This document shows, in pieces, positions 31,401-46,400 of a stretch of 64,000 bases of DNA. Position numbers and translations under genes: made by a program. Under the pieces are notes generated by a model, which made no database searches, had not been told where the DNA came from, and saw only the letters and a list, made by a program, of their open reading frames with translations. Position 1 is the first letter of the stretch, and each line of letters begins with the position of its first letter. The DNA is from Eledone cirrhosa (Eukaryota), in NCBI GenBank assembly GCA_964016885.1, contig OZ024751.1:3410001-3474000 (forward strand), written 5' to 3'.

Positions 31401-34400
31401 AAGACTGACTACCAGCACACCAGAGGTCTACAGGATCAAGACTGACTACCAGCACACCAGAGGACTACAGGATCAAGACTGACTACCAGCACACCAGAGG
31501 TTTACAGGCACATGACTGATTGCCAGCACACCAGAGGTCTACAGGATCAAGACTGACTACCAGCACACCAGAGGACTACAGGATCAAGACTGACTACCAG
31601 CACACCAGAGGTCTACAGGATAAAGACTGACTACCAGCACACCAGGGAACTACAGGATCAAGACTGACTACCAGCACACCAGAGGACTACAGGATCAAGA
31701 CTGACTACCAGCACACCAGAGGACTACAGGCACAAGACTGACTACCAGCACACCAGAGGACTACAGGATCAAGGCTGACTACCAGCACACCAGAGGTCTA
31801 CAGGATCAAGGCTGACTACCAGCACACCAGAGGACTACAGGATCAAGACTGACTACCAGCACACCAGAGGTCTACAGGATCAAGACTGACTACCAGCACA
31901 CCAGAGGTCTACAGGATCAAGACTGACTACCAGCACACCAGAGGACTACAGGATCAAGACTGACTACCAGCACACCAGAGGTCTACAGGATCAAGACTGA
32001 CTACCAGCACACAAGAGGACTACAGGATCAAGACTGACTACCAGCACACCAGAGGTTTACAGGATCAAGACTGACTACCTGCACACCAGAGGACTACAGG
32101 ATCAAGACTGACTACCAGCACACCAGAGGTCTACAGGATCAAGACTGACTACCAGCACACCAGAGGTCTACAGGATCAAGACTGACTACCAGCACACCAG
32201 AGGACTACAGGATCAAGACTGACTACCAGCACACCAGAGGACTACAGGATCAAGGCTGACTACCAGCACACCAGAGGTCTACAGGATCAAGGCTGACTAC
32301 CAGCACACCAGAGGTCTACAGGATCAAGACTGACTACCAGCACACCAGAGGACTACAGGATCAAGACTGACAACCAGCACACCAGAGGACTACAGGATCA
32401 AGACTGACTACCAGCACACCAGAGGACTGCAGGCACAAGGCTGACTACCAGCACACCAGAGGACTACAGGATCAGAACTGACTACCAGCACACCAGAGGA
32501 CTACAGGATCAAGACTGACTACCAGCACACCAGAGGTTTACAGGATCAAGACTGACTACCTGCACACCAGAGGACTACAGGATCAAGACTGACTACCAGC
32601 ACACCAGAGGTCTACAGGATCAAGACTGACTACCAGCACACCAGAGGTCTACAGGATCAAGACTGACTACCAGCACACCAGAGGACTACAGGATCAAGAC
32701 TGACTACCAGCACACCAGAGGTCTACAGGATCAAGACTGACTACCAGCACACCAGAGGACTACAGGATCAAGACTGACTACCAGCACACCAGAGATTTAC
32801 AGGATCAAGACTGACTACCTGCACACCAGAGGACTACAGGATCAAGACTGACTACCAGCACACCAGAGGTCTACAGGATCAAGACTGACTACCAGCACAC
32901 CAGAGGTCTACAGGATCAAGACTGACTACCAGCACACCAGAGGACTACAGGATCAAGACTGACTACCAGCACACCAGAGGTCTACAGGATCAAGACTGAC
33001 TACCAGCACACAAGAGGACTACAGGATCAAGACTGACTACCAGCACACCAGAGGTTTACAGGATCAAGACTGACTACCTGCACACCAGAGGACTACAGGA
33101 TCAAGACTGACTACCAGCACACCAGAGGTCTACAGGATCAAGACTGACTACCAGCACACCAGAGGTCTACAGGATCAAGACTGACTACCAGCACACCAGA
33201 GGACTACAGGATCAAGACTGACTACCAGCACACCAGAGGTCTACAGGATCAAGACTGACTACCAGCACACAAGAGGACTACAGGATCAAGACTGACTACC
33301 AGCACACCAGAGGTTTACAGGATCAAGACTGACTACCTGCACACCAGAGGACTCCAGGATCAAGACTGACTGCCAGCACACCAGAGGTCTACAGGATCAA
33401 GACTGACTACCAGCACACAAGAGGACTACAGGATCAAGACTGACTACCAGCACACCAGAGGTTTACAGGATCAAGACTGACTACCTGCACACCAGAGGAC
33501 TACAGGATCAAGACTGACTACCAGCACACCAGAGGTCTACAGGATCAAGACTGACTACCAGCACACCAGAGGACTACAGGATCAAGGCTGACTACCAGCA
33601 CACCAGAGGACTACAGGATCAAGACTGACTACCAGCACACCAGAGGTCTACAGGATCAAGACTGACTACCAGCACACCAGGGGACTACAGGATCAAGACT
33701 GACTACCAGCACACCAGAGGTCTACAGGATCAAGACTGACTACCAGCACACCAGAGGTCTACAGGATCAAGACTGACTACCAGCACACCAGAGGACTACA
33801 GGATCAAGACTGACTACCAGCACACCAGAGGACTACAGGATCAAGACTGACTACCAGCACACCAGAGGACTACAGGCACAAGATTGACTACCAGCACACC
33901 AGAGGTCTACAGGATCAAGACTGACTACCAGCACACCAGAGGACTACAGGCACAAGACTGACTACCAGCACACCAGAGGACTACAGGATCAAGGCTGACT
34001 ACCAGCACACCAGAGGTCTACAGGATCAAGGCTGACTACCAGCACACCAGAGGACTACAGGATCAAGACTGACTACCAGCACACCAGAGGTCTACAGGAT
34101 CAAGACTGACTACCAGCACACCAGAGGTCTACAGGATCAAGACTGACTACCAGAACACCAGAGGACTACAGGATCAAGACTGACTACCAGCACACCAGAG
34201 GTCTACAGGATCAAGACTGACTACCAGCACACAAGAGGACTACAGGATCAAGACTGACTACCAGCACACCAGAGGTTTACAGGATCAAGACTGACTACCT
34301 GCACACCAGAGGACTACAGGATCAAGACTGACTACCAGCACACCAGAGGTCTACAGGATCAAGACTGACTACCAGCACACCAGAGGTCTACAGGATCAAG

Positions 34401-37400
34401 ACTGACTACCAGCACACCAGAGGACTACAGGATCAAGACTGACTACCAGCACACCAGAGGACTACAGGATCAAGGCTGACTACCAGCACACCAGAGGTCT
34501 ACAGGATCAAGACTGACTACCAGCACACCAGAGGTCTACAGGATCAAGACTGACTACCAGCACACCAGAGGACTACAGGATCAAGACTGACTACCAGCAC
34601 ACCAGAGGTCTACAGGATCAAGACTGACTACCAGCACACCAGAGGACTACAGGATCAAGACTGACTACCAGCACACCAGAGATTTACAGGATCAAGACTG
34701 ACTACCTGCACACCAGAGGACTACAGGATCAAGACTGACTACCAGCACACCAGAGGTCTACAGGATCAAGACTGACTACCAGCACACCAGAGGTCTACAG
34801 GATCAAGACTGACTACCAGCACACCAGAGGACTACAGGATCAAGACTGACTACCAGCACACCAGAGGTCTACAGGATCAAGACTGACTACCAGCACACAA
34901 GAGGACTACAGGATCAAGACTGACTACCAGCACACCAGAGGTTTACAGAATCAAGACTGACTACCTGCACACCAGAGGACTACAGGATCAAGACTGACTA
35001 CCAGCACACCAGAGGTCTACAGGATCAAGACTGACTACCAGCACACCAGAGGTCTACAGGATCAAGACTGACTACCAGCACACCAGAGGACTACAGGATC
35101 AAGACTGACTACCAGCACACCAGAGGTCTACAGGATCAAGACTGACTACCAGCACACAAGAGGACTACAGGATCAAGACTGACTACCAGCACACCAGAGG
35201 TTTACAGGATCAAGACTGACTACCTGCACACCAGAGGACTACAGGATCAAGACTGACTGCCAGCACACCAGAGGTCTACAGGATCAAGACTGACTACCAG
35301 CACACAAGAGGACTACAGGATCAAGACTGACTACCAGCACACCAGAGGTTTACAGGATCAAGACTGACTACCTGCACACCAGAGGACTACAGGATCAAGA
35401 CTGACTACCAGCACACCAGAGGTCTACAGGATCAAGACTGACTACCAGCACACCAGAGGACTACAGGATCAAGGCTGACTACCAGCACACCAGAGGACTA
35501 CAGGATCAAGACTGACTACCAGCACACCAGAGGTCTACAGGATCAAGACTGACTACCAGCACACCAGGGGACTACAGGATCAAGACTGACTACCAGCACA
35601 CCAGAGGTCTACAGGATCAAGACTGACTACCAGCACACCAGAGGTCTACAGGATCAAGACTGACTACCAGCACACCAGAGGACTACAGGATCAAGACTGA
35701 CTACCAGCACACCAGAGGACTACAGGATCAAGACTGACTACCAGCACACCAGAGGACTACAGGCACAAGATTGACTACCAGCACACCAGAGGTCTACAGG
35801 ATCAAGACTGACTACCAGCACACCAGAGGTCTACAGGATCAAGACTGACTACCAGCACACCAGAGGACTACAGGATCAAGACTGACTACCAGCACACCAG
35901 AGGACTACAGGATCAAGACTGACTACCAGCACACCAGAGGACTACAGGCACAAGGCTGACTACCAGCACACCAGAGGTTTACAGGATCAAGACTGACAAC
36001 CAGCACACCAGAGGACTACAGGCACAAGACTGACTACCAGCACACCAGAGGACTACAGGATCATGACTGACTACCAGCACACCAGAGGTTTACAGGATCA
36101 AGACTGACTACCAGCACACCAGAGGACTACAGGATCAAGACTGACTTCCAGCACACCAGAGGTCTACAGGATCAAGACTGACTACCAGCACACCAGAGGT
36201 TTACAGGCACAAGACTGATTGCCAGCACACCAGAGGTCTACAGGATCAAGACTGACTACCAGCACACCAGAGGACTACAGGATCAAGACTGACTACCAGC
36301 ACACCAGAGGTTTACAGGCACAAGACTGATTGCCAGCACACCAGAGGTCTACAGGATCAAGACTGACTTCCAGCACACCAGAGGTCTACAGGATCAAGAC
36401 TGACTACCAGCACACCAGAGGTTTACAGGATCAAGACTGAATACCAGCACACCAGAGGACTACAGTTTCAAGACAGACTACCAGCACACCAGAGGACTAC
36501 AGGATCAAGACTGACTACCAGCACACCAGAGGACTACAGGATCAAGACTGACTATCAGCACACCAGAGGACTACAGGCACAAGACTGACTACCAGCACAC
36601 CAGAGGACTACAGGATCAAGGCTGTCTACCAGCAAACCAGAGGTCTACAGGATCAAGGCTGACTACCAGCACACCAGAGGTCTACAGGATCAAGACTGAC
36701 TACCAGCACACCAGAGGACTACAGGATCAAGACTGACTACCAGCACACCAGAGGACTACAGGATCAAGACTGACAACCAGCACACCAGAGGACTACAGGA
36801 TCAAGACTGACTACCAGCACACCAGAGGTCTACAGGATCAAGACTGACTACCAGCACACCAGGGAACTACAGGATCAAGACTGACTACCAGCACACCAGA
36901 GGACTACAGGATCAAGACTGACTACCAGCACACCAGAGGACTACAGGCACAAGACTGACTACCAGCACACCAGAGGACTACAGGATCAAGGCTGACTACC
37001 AGCACACCAGAGGTCTACAGGATCAAGGCTGACTACCAGCACACCAGAGGTCTACAGGATCAAGACTGACTACCAGCACACCAGAGGACTACAGGATCAA
37101 GACTGACTACCAGCACACCAGAGGACTACAGGATCAAGACTGACTACCAGCACACCAGAGGACTGCAGGCACAAGGCTGACTACCAGCACACCAGAGGAC
37201 TACAGGATCAGGACTGACTACCAGCACACCAGAGGACTACAGGATCAAGACTGACTACCAGCACACCAGAGGTTTACAGGATCAAGACTGACTACCTGCA
37301 CACCAGAGGACTACAGGATCAAGACTGACTACCAGCACACCAGAGGTCTACAGGATCAAGACTGACTACCAGCACACCAGAGGTCTACAGGATCAAGACT

Positions 37401-40400
37401 GACTACCAGCACACCAGAGGACTGCAGGATCAAGACTGACTACCAGCACACCAGAGGTCTACAGGATCAAGACTGACTACCAGCACACCAGAGGACTACA
37501 GGATCAAGACTGACTACCAGCACACCAGAGGTTTACAGGATCAAGACTGACTACCTGCACACCAGAGGACTACAGGATCAAGACTGACTACCAGCACACC
37601 AGAGGTCTACAGGATCAAGACTGACTACCAGCACACCAGAGGTCTACAGGATCAAGACTGACTACCAGCACACCAGAGGACTACAGGATCAAGACTGACT
37701 ACCAGCACACCAGAGGTCTACAGGATCAAGACTGACTACCAGCACACAAGAGGACTACAGGATCAAGACTGACTACCAGCACACCAGAGGTTTACAGGAT
37801 CAAGACTGACTACCTGCACACCAGAGGACTACAGCATCAAGACTGACTACCAGCACACCAGAGGTCTACAGGATCAAGACTGACTACCAGCACACCAGAG
37901 GTCTACAGGATCAAGACTGACTACCAGCACACCAGAGGACTACAGGATCAAGACTGACTACCAGCACACCAGAGGTCTACAGGATCAAGACTGACTACCA
38001 GCACACAAGAGGACTACAGGATCAAGACTGACTACCAGCACACCAGAGGTTTACAGGATCAAGACTGACTACCTGCACACCAGAGGACTACAGGATCAAG
38101 ACTGACTACCAGCACACCAGAGGTCTACAGGATCAAGACTGACTACCAGCACACAAGAGGACTACAGGATCAAGACTGACTACCAGCACACCAGAGGTTT
38201 ACAGGATCAAGACTGACTACCTGCACACCAGAGGACTACAGGATCAAGACTGACTACCAGCACACCAGAGGTCTACAGGATCAAGACTGACTACCAGCAC
38301 ACCAGAGGACTACAGGATCAAGGCTGACTACCAGCACACCAGAGGACTACAGGATCAAGACTGACTACCAGCACACCAGAGGTCTACAGGATCAAGACTG
38401 ACTACCAGCACACCAGAGGTCTACAGGATCAAGACTGACTACCAGCACACCAGAGGACTACAGGATCAAGACTGACTACCAGCACACCAGAGGACTACAG
38501 GATCAAGACTGACTACCAGCACACCAGAGGACTACAGGCACAAGGCTGACTACCAGCACACCAGAGGTTTACAGGATCAAGACTGACAACCAGCACACCA
38601 GAGGACTACAGGCACAAGACTGACTACCAGCACACCAGAGGACTACAGGATCATGACTGACTACCAGCACACCAGAGGTTTACAGGATCAAGACTGACTA
38701 CCAGCACACCAGAGGACTACAGGCACAAGACTGACTACCAGCACACCAGAGGACTACAGGATCAAGACTGACTACCAGCACACCAGAGGACTACAGGATC
38801 AAGACTGACTACCTGCACACCAGAGGACTACAGGATCAAGGCTGACTACCAGCACACCAGAGGACTACAGGATCAAGGCTGACTACTAGCACACCAGAGG
38901 ACTACAGGCACATGACTGACTACCAGCACACCAGAGGTTTACAGGATCAAGACTGACTACCAGCACACCAGAGGACTACAGGATCAAGACTGACTACTTG
39001 CACACCAGAGGACTACAGGATCAAGGCTGACTACCAGCACACCAGAGGACTACAGGATCAAGGCTGACTACCAGCACACCAGAAGACTACAGGATCAAGG
39101 CTGACTACCAGCACACCAGAGGACTACAGGATCAAGACTGACTACCAGCACACCAGAGGACTACAGGATCAAGACTGACTACCAGCACACCAGAAGACTA
39201 CAGGCACAAGACTGACTACCTGCACACCAGAGGTCTACAGGATCAAGACTGACTACCAGCACACCAGAGGACTACAGGCACAAGACTGACTACCTGCACA
39301 CCAGAGGACTACAGGATCAAGACTGACTACCAGCACACCAGAGGACTACAGGATCAAGACTGACTACCAGCACACCAGCGGTTTACAGGATCAAGACTGA
39401 CTACCAGCACACCAGAGGACTACAGGATCAAAACTGACTACCATCACACCAGAGGACTACAGGATCAAGGCTGACTACCAGCACACCAGAGGACTACAGG
39501 CTCAAGACTGACTACCAGCACACCAGAGGACTACAGGATCAAGGCTGACTACCAGCACACCAGAGGACTACAGGATCAAGGCTGACTGCCAGCACACCAG
39601 AGGACTACAGGATCAAGGCTGACTACCAGCACACCAGAGGACTACAGAATCAAGGCTGACTACCAGCACACCAGAGGACTACAGGATCAAGACTGACTAC
39701 CAGCGCACCAGAGGACTACAGGATCAAGGCTGACTACCAGCACACCAGAGGACTACAGGATCAAGACTGACTACCAGCACACCAGGGGACTACAGGATCA
39801 AGACTGACTACCAGCACACCAGAGGTTTACAGGATCAAGACTGACTACCAGCACACCAGAGGACTACAGGATCAAGACTGACTACCAGCACACCAGAGGT
39901 TTACAGGATCAAGACTGACTACCAGCACACCAGAGGACTACAGGATCAAGACTGACTACCAGCACACCAGAGGACTACAGGATCAAGATTGACTACCAGC
40001 ACACCAGAGGTTTACAGGATCAAGACTGACTACCAGCACACCAGAGGACTACAGGATCAAGACTGACTACCAGCACACCAGAGGTTTACAGGATCAAGAC
40101 TGACTACCTGCACACCAGAGGACTACAGGATCAAGACTGACTACTTGCACACCAGAGGACTACAGGATCAAGGCTGACTACCAGCACACCAGAGGACTAC
40201 AGGATCAAGGCTGACTACCAGCACACCAGAGGACTACAGGATCAAGGCTGACTACCAGCACACCAGAGGACTACAGGATCAAGACTGACTACCAGCACAC
40301 CAGAGGACTACAGGATCAAGACTGACTACCAGCACACCAGAGGACTACAGGCACAAGACTGACTACCTGCACACCAGAGGTCTACAGGATCAAGACTGAC

Positions 40401-43400
40401 TACCAGCACACCAGAGGACTACAGGCACAAGACTGACTACCTGCACACCAGAGGACTACAGGATCAAGACTGACTACCAGCACACCAGAGGACTACAGGA
40501 TCAAGGCTGACTACTAGCACACCAGAGGACTACAGGCACAAGACTGACTACCAGCACACCAGAGGTTTACAGGATCAAGACTGACTACCAGCACACCAGA
40601 GGACTACAGGATCAAGGCTGACTACCAGCACACCAGAGGACTACAGGATCAAGACTGACTACCAGCACACCAGAGGACTACAGGGTCAAGACTGACTACC
40701 AGCACACCAGAGGTCTACAGGATCAAGACTGACTACTAGCACACCAGAGGACTACAGGATCAAGACTGACTACCAGCACACCAGAGGACTACAGGATCAA
40801 GACTGACTACCAGCACACCAGAGGACTACAGGCACAAGGCTGACTACCAGCACACCAGAGGTTTACAGGATCAAGACTGACTACCAGCACACCAGAGGAC
40901 TACAGGCACAAGACTGACTACCAGCACACCAGAGGACTACAGGATCAAGACTGACTACCAGCACACCAGAGGTTTACAGGATCAAGACTGACTACCAGCA
41001 CACCAGAGGACTACAGGCACAAGACTGACTACCAGCACACCAGAGGACTACAGGATCAAGACTGACTACCAGCACACCAGAGGACTACAGGATCAAGACT
41101 GACTACCTGCACACCAGAGGACTACAGGATCAAGGCTGACTACCAGCACACCAGAGGACTACAGAATCAAGGCTGACTACTAGCACACCAGAGGACTACA
41201 GGCACAAGACTGACTACCAGCACACCAGAGGTTTATAGGATCAAGACTGACTACCAGCACACCAGAGGACTACAGGATCAAGACTGACTACTTGCACACC
41301 AGAGGACTACAGGATCAAGACTGACTACCAGCACACCAGCGGTTTACAGGATCAAGACAGACTACCAGCACACCAGAGGACTACAGGATCAAGACTGACT
41401 ACCATCACACCAGAGGACTACAGGATCAAGGCTGACTACCAGCACACCAGAGGACTACAGGCTCAAGACTGACTACCAGCACACCAGAGGACTACAGGAT
41501 CAAGGCTGACTACCAGCACACCAGAGGACTACAGAATCAAGGCTGACTACCAGCACACCAGAGGACTACAGGATCAAGACTGACTACCAGCGCACCAGAG
41601 GACTACAGGATCAAGGCTGACTACCAGCAAACCAGAGGACTACAGGATCAAGACTGACTACCAGCACACCAGGGGACTACAGGATCAAGACTGACTACCA
41701 GCACACCAGAGGTTTACAGGATCAAGACTGACTACCAGCACACCAGAGGACTACAGGATCAAGACTGACTACCAGCACACCAGAGGTTTACAGGATCAAG
41801 ACTGACTACCAGCACACCAGAGGACTACAGGATCAAGACTGACTACCAGCACACCAGAGGACTACAGGATCAAGATTGACTACCAGCACACCAGAGGTTT
41901 ACAGGATCAAGACTGACTACCAGCACACCAGAGGACTACAAGATCAAGACTGACTACCAGCACACCAGAGGTTTACAGGATCAAGACTGACTACCTGCAC
42001 ACCAGAGGACTACAGGATCAAGACTGACTACTTGCACACCAGAGGACTACAGGATCAAGGCTGACTACCAGCACACCAGAGGACTACAGGATCAAGGCTG
42101 ACTACCAGCACACCAGAGGACTACAGGATCAAGGCTGACTACCAGCACACCAGAGGAATACAGGATCAAGACTGACTACCAGCACACCAGAGGACTACAG
42201 GATCAAGACTGACTACCAGCACACCAGAGGACTACAGGCACAAGACTGACTACCTGCACACCAGAGGTCTACAGGATCAAGACTGACTACCAGCACACCA
42301 GAGGACTACAGGCACAAGACTGACTACCTGCACACCAGAGGACTACAGGATCAAGACTGACTACCAGCACACCAGAGGACTACAGGATCAAGGCTGACTA
42401 CTAGCACACCAGAGGACTACAGGCACAAGACTGACTACCAGCACACCAGAGGTTTACAGGATCAAGACTGACTACCAGCACACCAGAGGACTACAGGATC
42501 AAGGCTGACTACCAGCACACCAGAGGACTACAGGATCAAGACTGACTACCAGCACACCAGAGGACTACAGGATCAAGACTGACTACCAGCACACCAGAGG
42601 TCTACAGGATCAAGACTGACTACTAGCACACCAGAGGACTACAGGATCAAGACTGACTACCAGCACACCAGAGGACTACAGGATCAAGACTGACTACCAG
42701 CACACCAGAGGACTACAGGCACAAGGCTGACTACCAGCACACCAGAGGTTTACAGGATCAAGACTGACTACCAGCACACCAGAGGACTACAGGCACAAGA
42801 CTGACTACCAGCACACCAGAGGACTACAGGATCAAGACTGACTACCAGCACACCAGAGGTTTACAGGATCAAGACTGACTACCAGCACACCAGAGGACTA
42901 CAGGCACAAGACTGACTACCAGCACACCAGAGGACTACAGGATCAAGACTGACTACCAGCACACCAGAGGACTACAGGATCAAGACTGACTACCTGCACA
43001 CCAGAGGACTACAGGATCAAGGCTGACTACCAGCACACCAGAGGACTACAGAATCAAGGCTGACTACTAGCACACCAGAGGACTACAGGCACAAGACTGA
43101 CTACCAGCACACCAGAGGTTTATAGGATCAAGACTGACTACCAGCACACCAGAGGACTACAGGATCAAGACTGACTACTTGCACACCAGAGGACTACAGG
43201 ATCAAGACTGACTACCAGCACACCAGCGGTTTACAGGATCAAGACTGACTACCAGCACACCAGAGGACTACAGGATCTAGACTGACTACCATCACACCAG
43301 AGGACTACAGGATCAAGGCTGACTACCAGCACACCAGAGGACTACAGGCTCAAGACTGACTACCAGCACACCAGAGGACTACAGGATCAAGGCTGACTAC

Positions 43401-46400
43401 CAGCACACCAGAGGACTACAGGATCAAGGCTGACTACCAGCACACCAGAGGACTACAGGATCAAGGCTGTCTACCAGCACACCAGAGGACTACAGGATCA
43501 AGGCTGACTACCAGCACACCAGAGGACTACAGGATCAAGACTGACTACCAGCACACCAGAGGACTACAGGATCAAGGCTGACTACTAGCACACCAGGGGA
43601 CTACAGGATCAAGACTGACTACCAGCACACCAGAGGACTACAGGATCAAGACTGACTACCAGCACACCAGAGGTTTACAGGATCAAGACTGACTACCAGC
43701 ACACCAGAGGACTACAGGATCAAGACTGACTACCAGCACACCAGAGGTTTACAGGATCAAGACTGACTACCAGCACACCAGAGGACTACAGGATCAAGAC
43801 TGACTACCAGCACACCAGAGGACTACAGGATCAAGGCTGACTACCAGCACACCAGAGGACTACAGGATCAAGACTGACTACCAGCACACCAGAGGACTAC
43901 AGGATCAAGACTGACTACCAGCACACCAGAGGACTACAGGCACAAGACTGACTACCTGCACACCAGAGGTCTACAGGATCAAGACTGACTACCAGCACAC
44001 CAGAAGACTACAGGCACAAGACTGACTACCTGCACACCAGAGGACTACAGGATCAAGACTGACTACCAGCACACCAGAGGACTACAGGATCAAGGCTGAC
44101 TACTAGCACACCAGAGGACTACAGGCACAAGACTGACTACCAGCACACCAGAGGTTTACAGGATCAAGACTGACTACCAGCACACTAGAGGACTACAGGA
44201 TCAAGGCTGACTACCAGCACACCAGAGGACTACAGGATCAAGGCTGACTACCAGCACACCAGAGGACTACAGGATCAAGACTGACTACCAGCACACCAGA
44301 GGACTACAGGATCAAGACTGACTACCAGCACACCAGAGGACTACAGGCACAAGACTGACTACATGCACACCAGAGGTCTACAGGATCAAGACTGACTACC
44401 AGCACACCAGAGGACTACAGGCACAAGACTGACTACCTGCACACCAGAGGACTACAGGATCAAGATTGACTACCAGCACACCAGAGGACTAAAGGATCAA
44501 GACTGACTACCAGCACACCAGCGGTTTACAGGATCAAGATTGACTACCAGCACACCAGAGGACTACAGGATCAAGACTGACTACCATCACACCAGAGGAC
44601 TACAGGATCAAGGCTGACTACCAGCACACCAGAGGACTACAGGCTCAAGACTGACTACCAGCACACCAGAGGACTACAGGATCAAGGCTGACTACCAGCA
44701 CACCAGAGGACTACAGGATCAAGGCTGACTGCCAGCACACCAGAGGACTACAGGATCAAGGCTGACTACCAGCACACCAGAGGACTACAGAATCAAGGCT
44801 GACTACCAGCACACCAGAGGACTACAAGATCAAGGCTGACTACCAGCACACCAGAGGACTACAGGATCAAGGCTGACTACCAGCACACCAGAGGACTACA
44901 GGATCAAGACTGACTACCAGCACACCAGGGGACTACAGGATCAAGACTGACTACCAGCACACCAGAGGTTTACAGGATCAAGACTGACTACCAGTACACC
45001 AGAGGACTACAGGATCAAGACTGACTACCAGCACACCAGAGGTTTACAGGATCAAGACTGACTACCAGCACACCAGAGGACTACAGGATCAAGACTGACT
45101 ACCAGCACACCAGAGGACTACAGGATCAAGATTGACTACCAGCACACCAGAGGTTTACAGGATCAAGACTGACTACCAGCACACCAGAGGACTACAGGAT
45201 CAAGACTGACTACCAGCACACCAGATGTTTACAGGATCAAGACTGACTACCTGCACACCAGAGGTCTACAGGATCAAGACTGACTACTAGCACACCAGAG
45301 GACTACAGGATCAAGACTGACTACCAGCACACCAGAGGACTACAGGATCAAGACTGACTACCAGCACACCAGAGGACTACAGGCACAAGGCTGACTACCA
45401 GCACACCAGAGGTTTACAGGATCAAGACTGACTACCAGCACACCAGAGGACTACAGGCACAGGACTGACTACCAGCACACCAGAGGACTACAGGATCAAG
45501 ACTGACTACCAGCACACCAGAGGTTTACAGGATCAAGACTGACTACCAGCACACCAGAGGACTACAGGCACAAGACTGACTACCAGAAACACAAGAGGAC
45601 TACAGGATCAAGGCTGACTACCAGCACACCAGAGGACTACAGGATCAAGGCTGACTACCAGCACACCAGAGGACTACAGGATCAAGGCTGACTACCAGCA
45701 CACCAGAGGACTACAGGATCAAGACTGACTAACAGCACACCAGAGGACTACAGGATCAAGGCTGACTACTATCACACCAGAGGACTACAGGATCAAGACT
45801 GACTACCAGCACACCAGAGGACTACAGGATCAAGACTGACTACCAGCACACCAGAGGACTACAGGATCAAGACTGACTACCAGCACACCAGAGGTTTACA
45901 GGATCAAGACTGACTACCAGCACACCAGAGGACTACAGGATCAAGACTGACTACCAGCACACCAGAGGTTTACAGGATCAAGACTGACTACCAGCACACC
46001 AGAGGACTACAGGATCAAGACTGACTACCAGCACACCAGAGGACTACAGGATCAAGATTGACTACCAGCACACCAGAGGTTTACAGGATCAAGACTGACT
46101 ACCAGCACACCAGAGGACTACAGGATCAAGACTGACTACAATCACACCAGAGGTTTACAGGATCAAGACTGACTACCTGCACACCAGAGGACTACAGGAT
46201 CAAGACTGACTACCAGCACACCAGAGGACTACAGCATCAAGACTGACTACCAGCACACCAGAGGACTACAGGATCAAGGCTGACTACCAGCACACCAGAG
46301 GACTACAGGATCAAGACTGACTACCAGCACACCAGAGGACTACAGGATCAAGACTGACTACCAGCACACCAGAGGTTTACAGGATCAAGACTGACTACCA

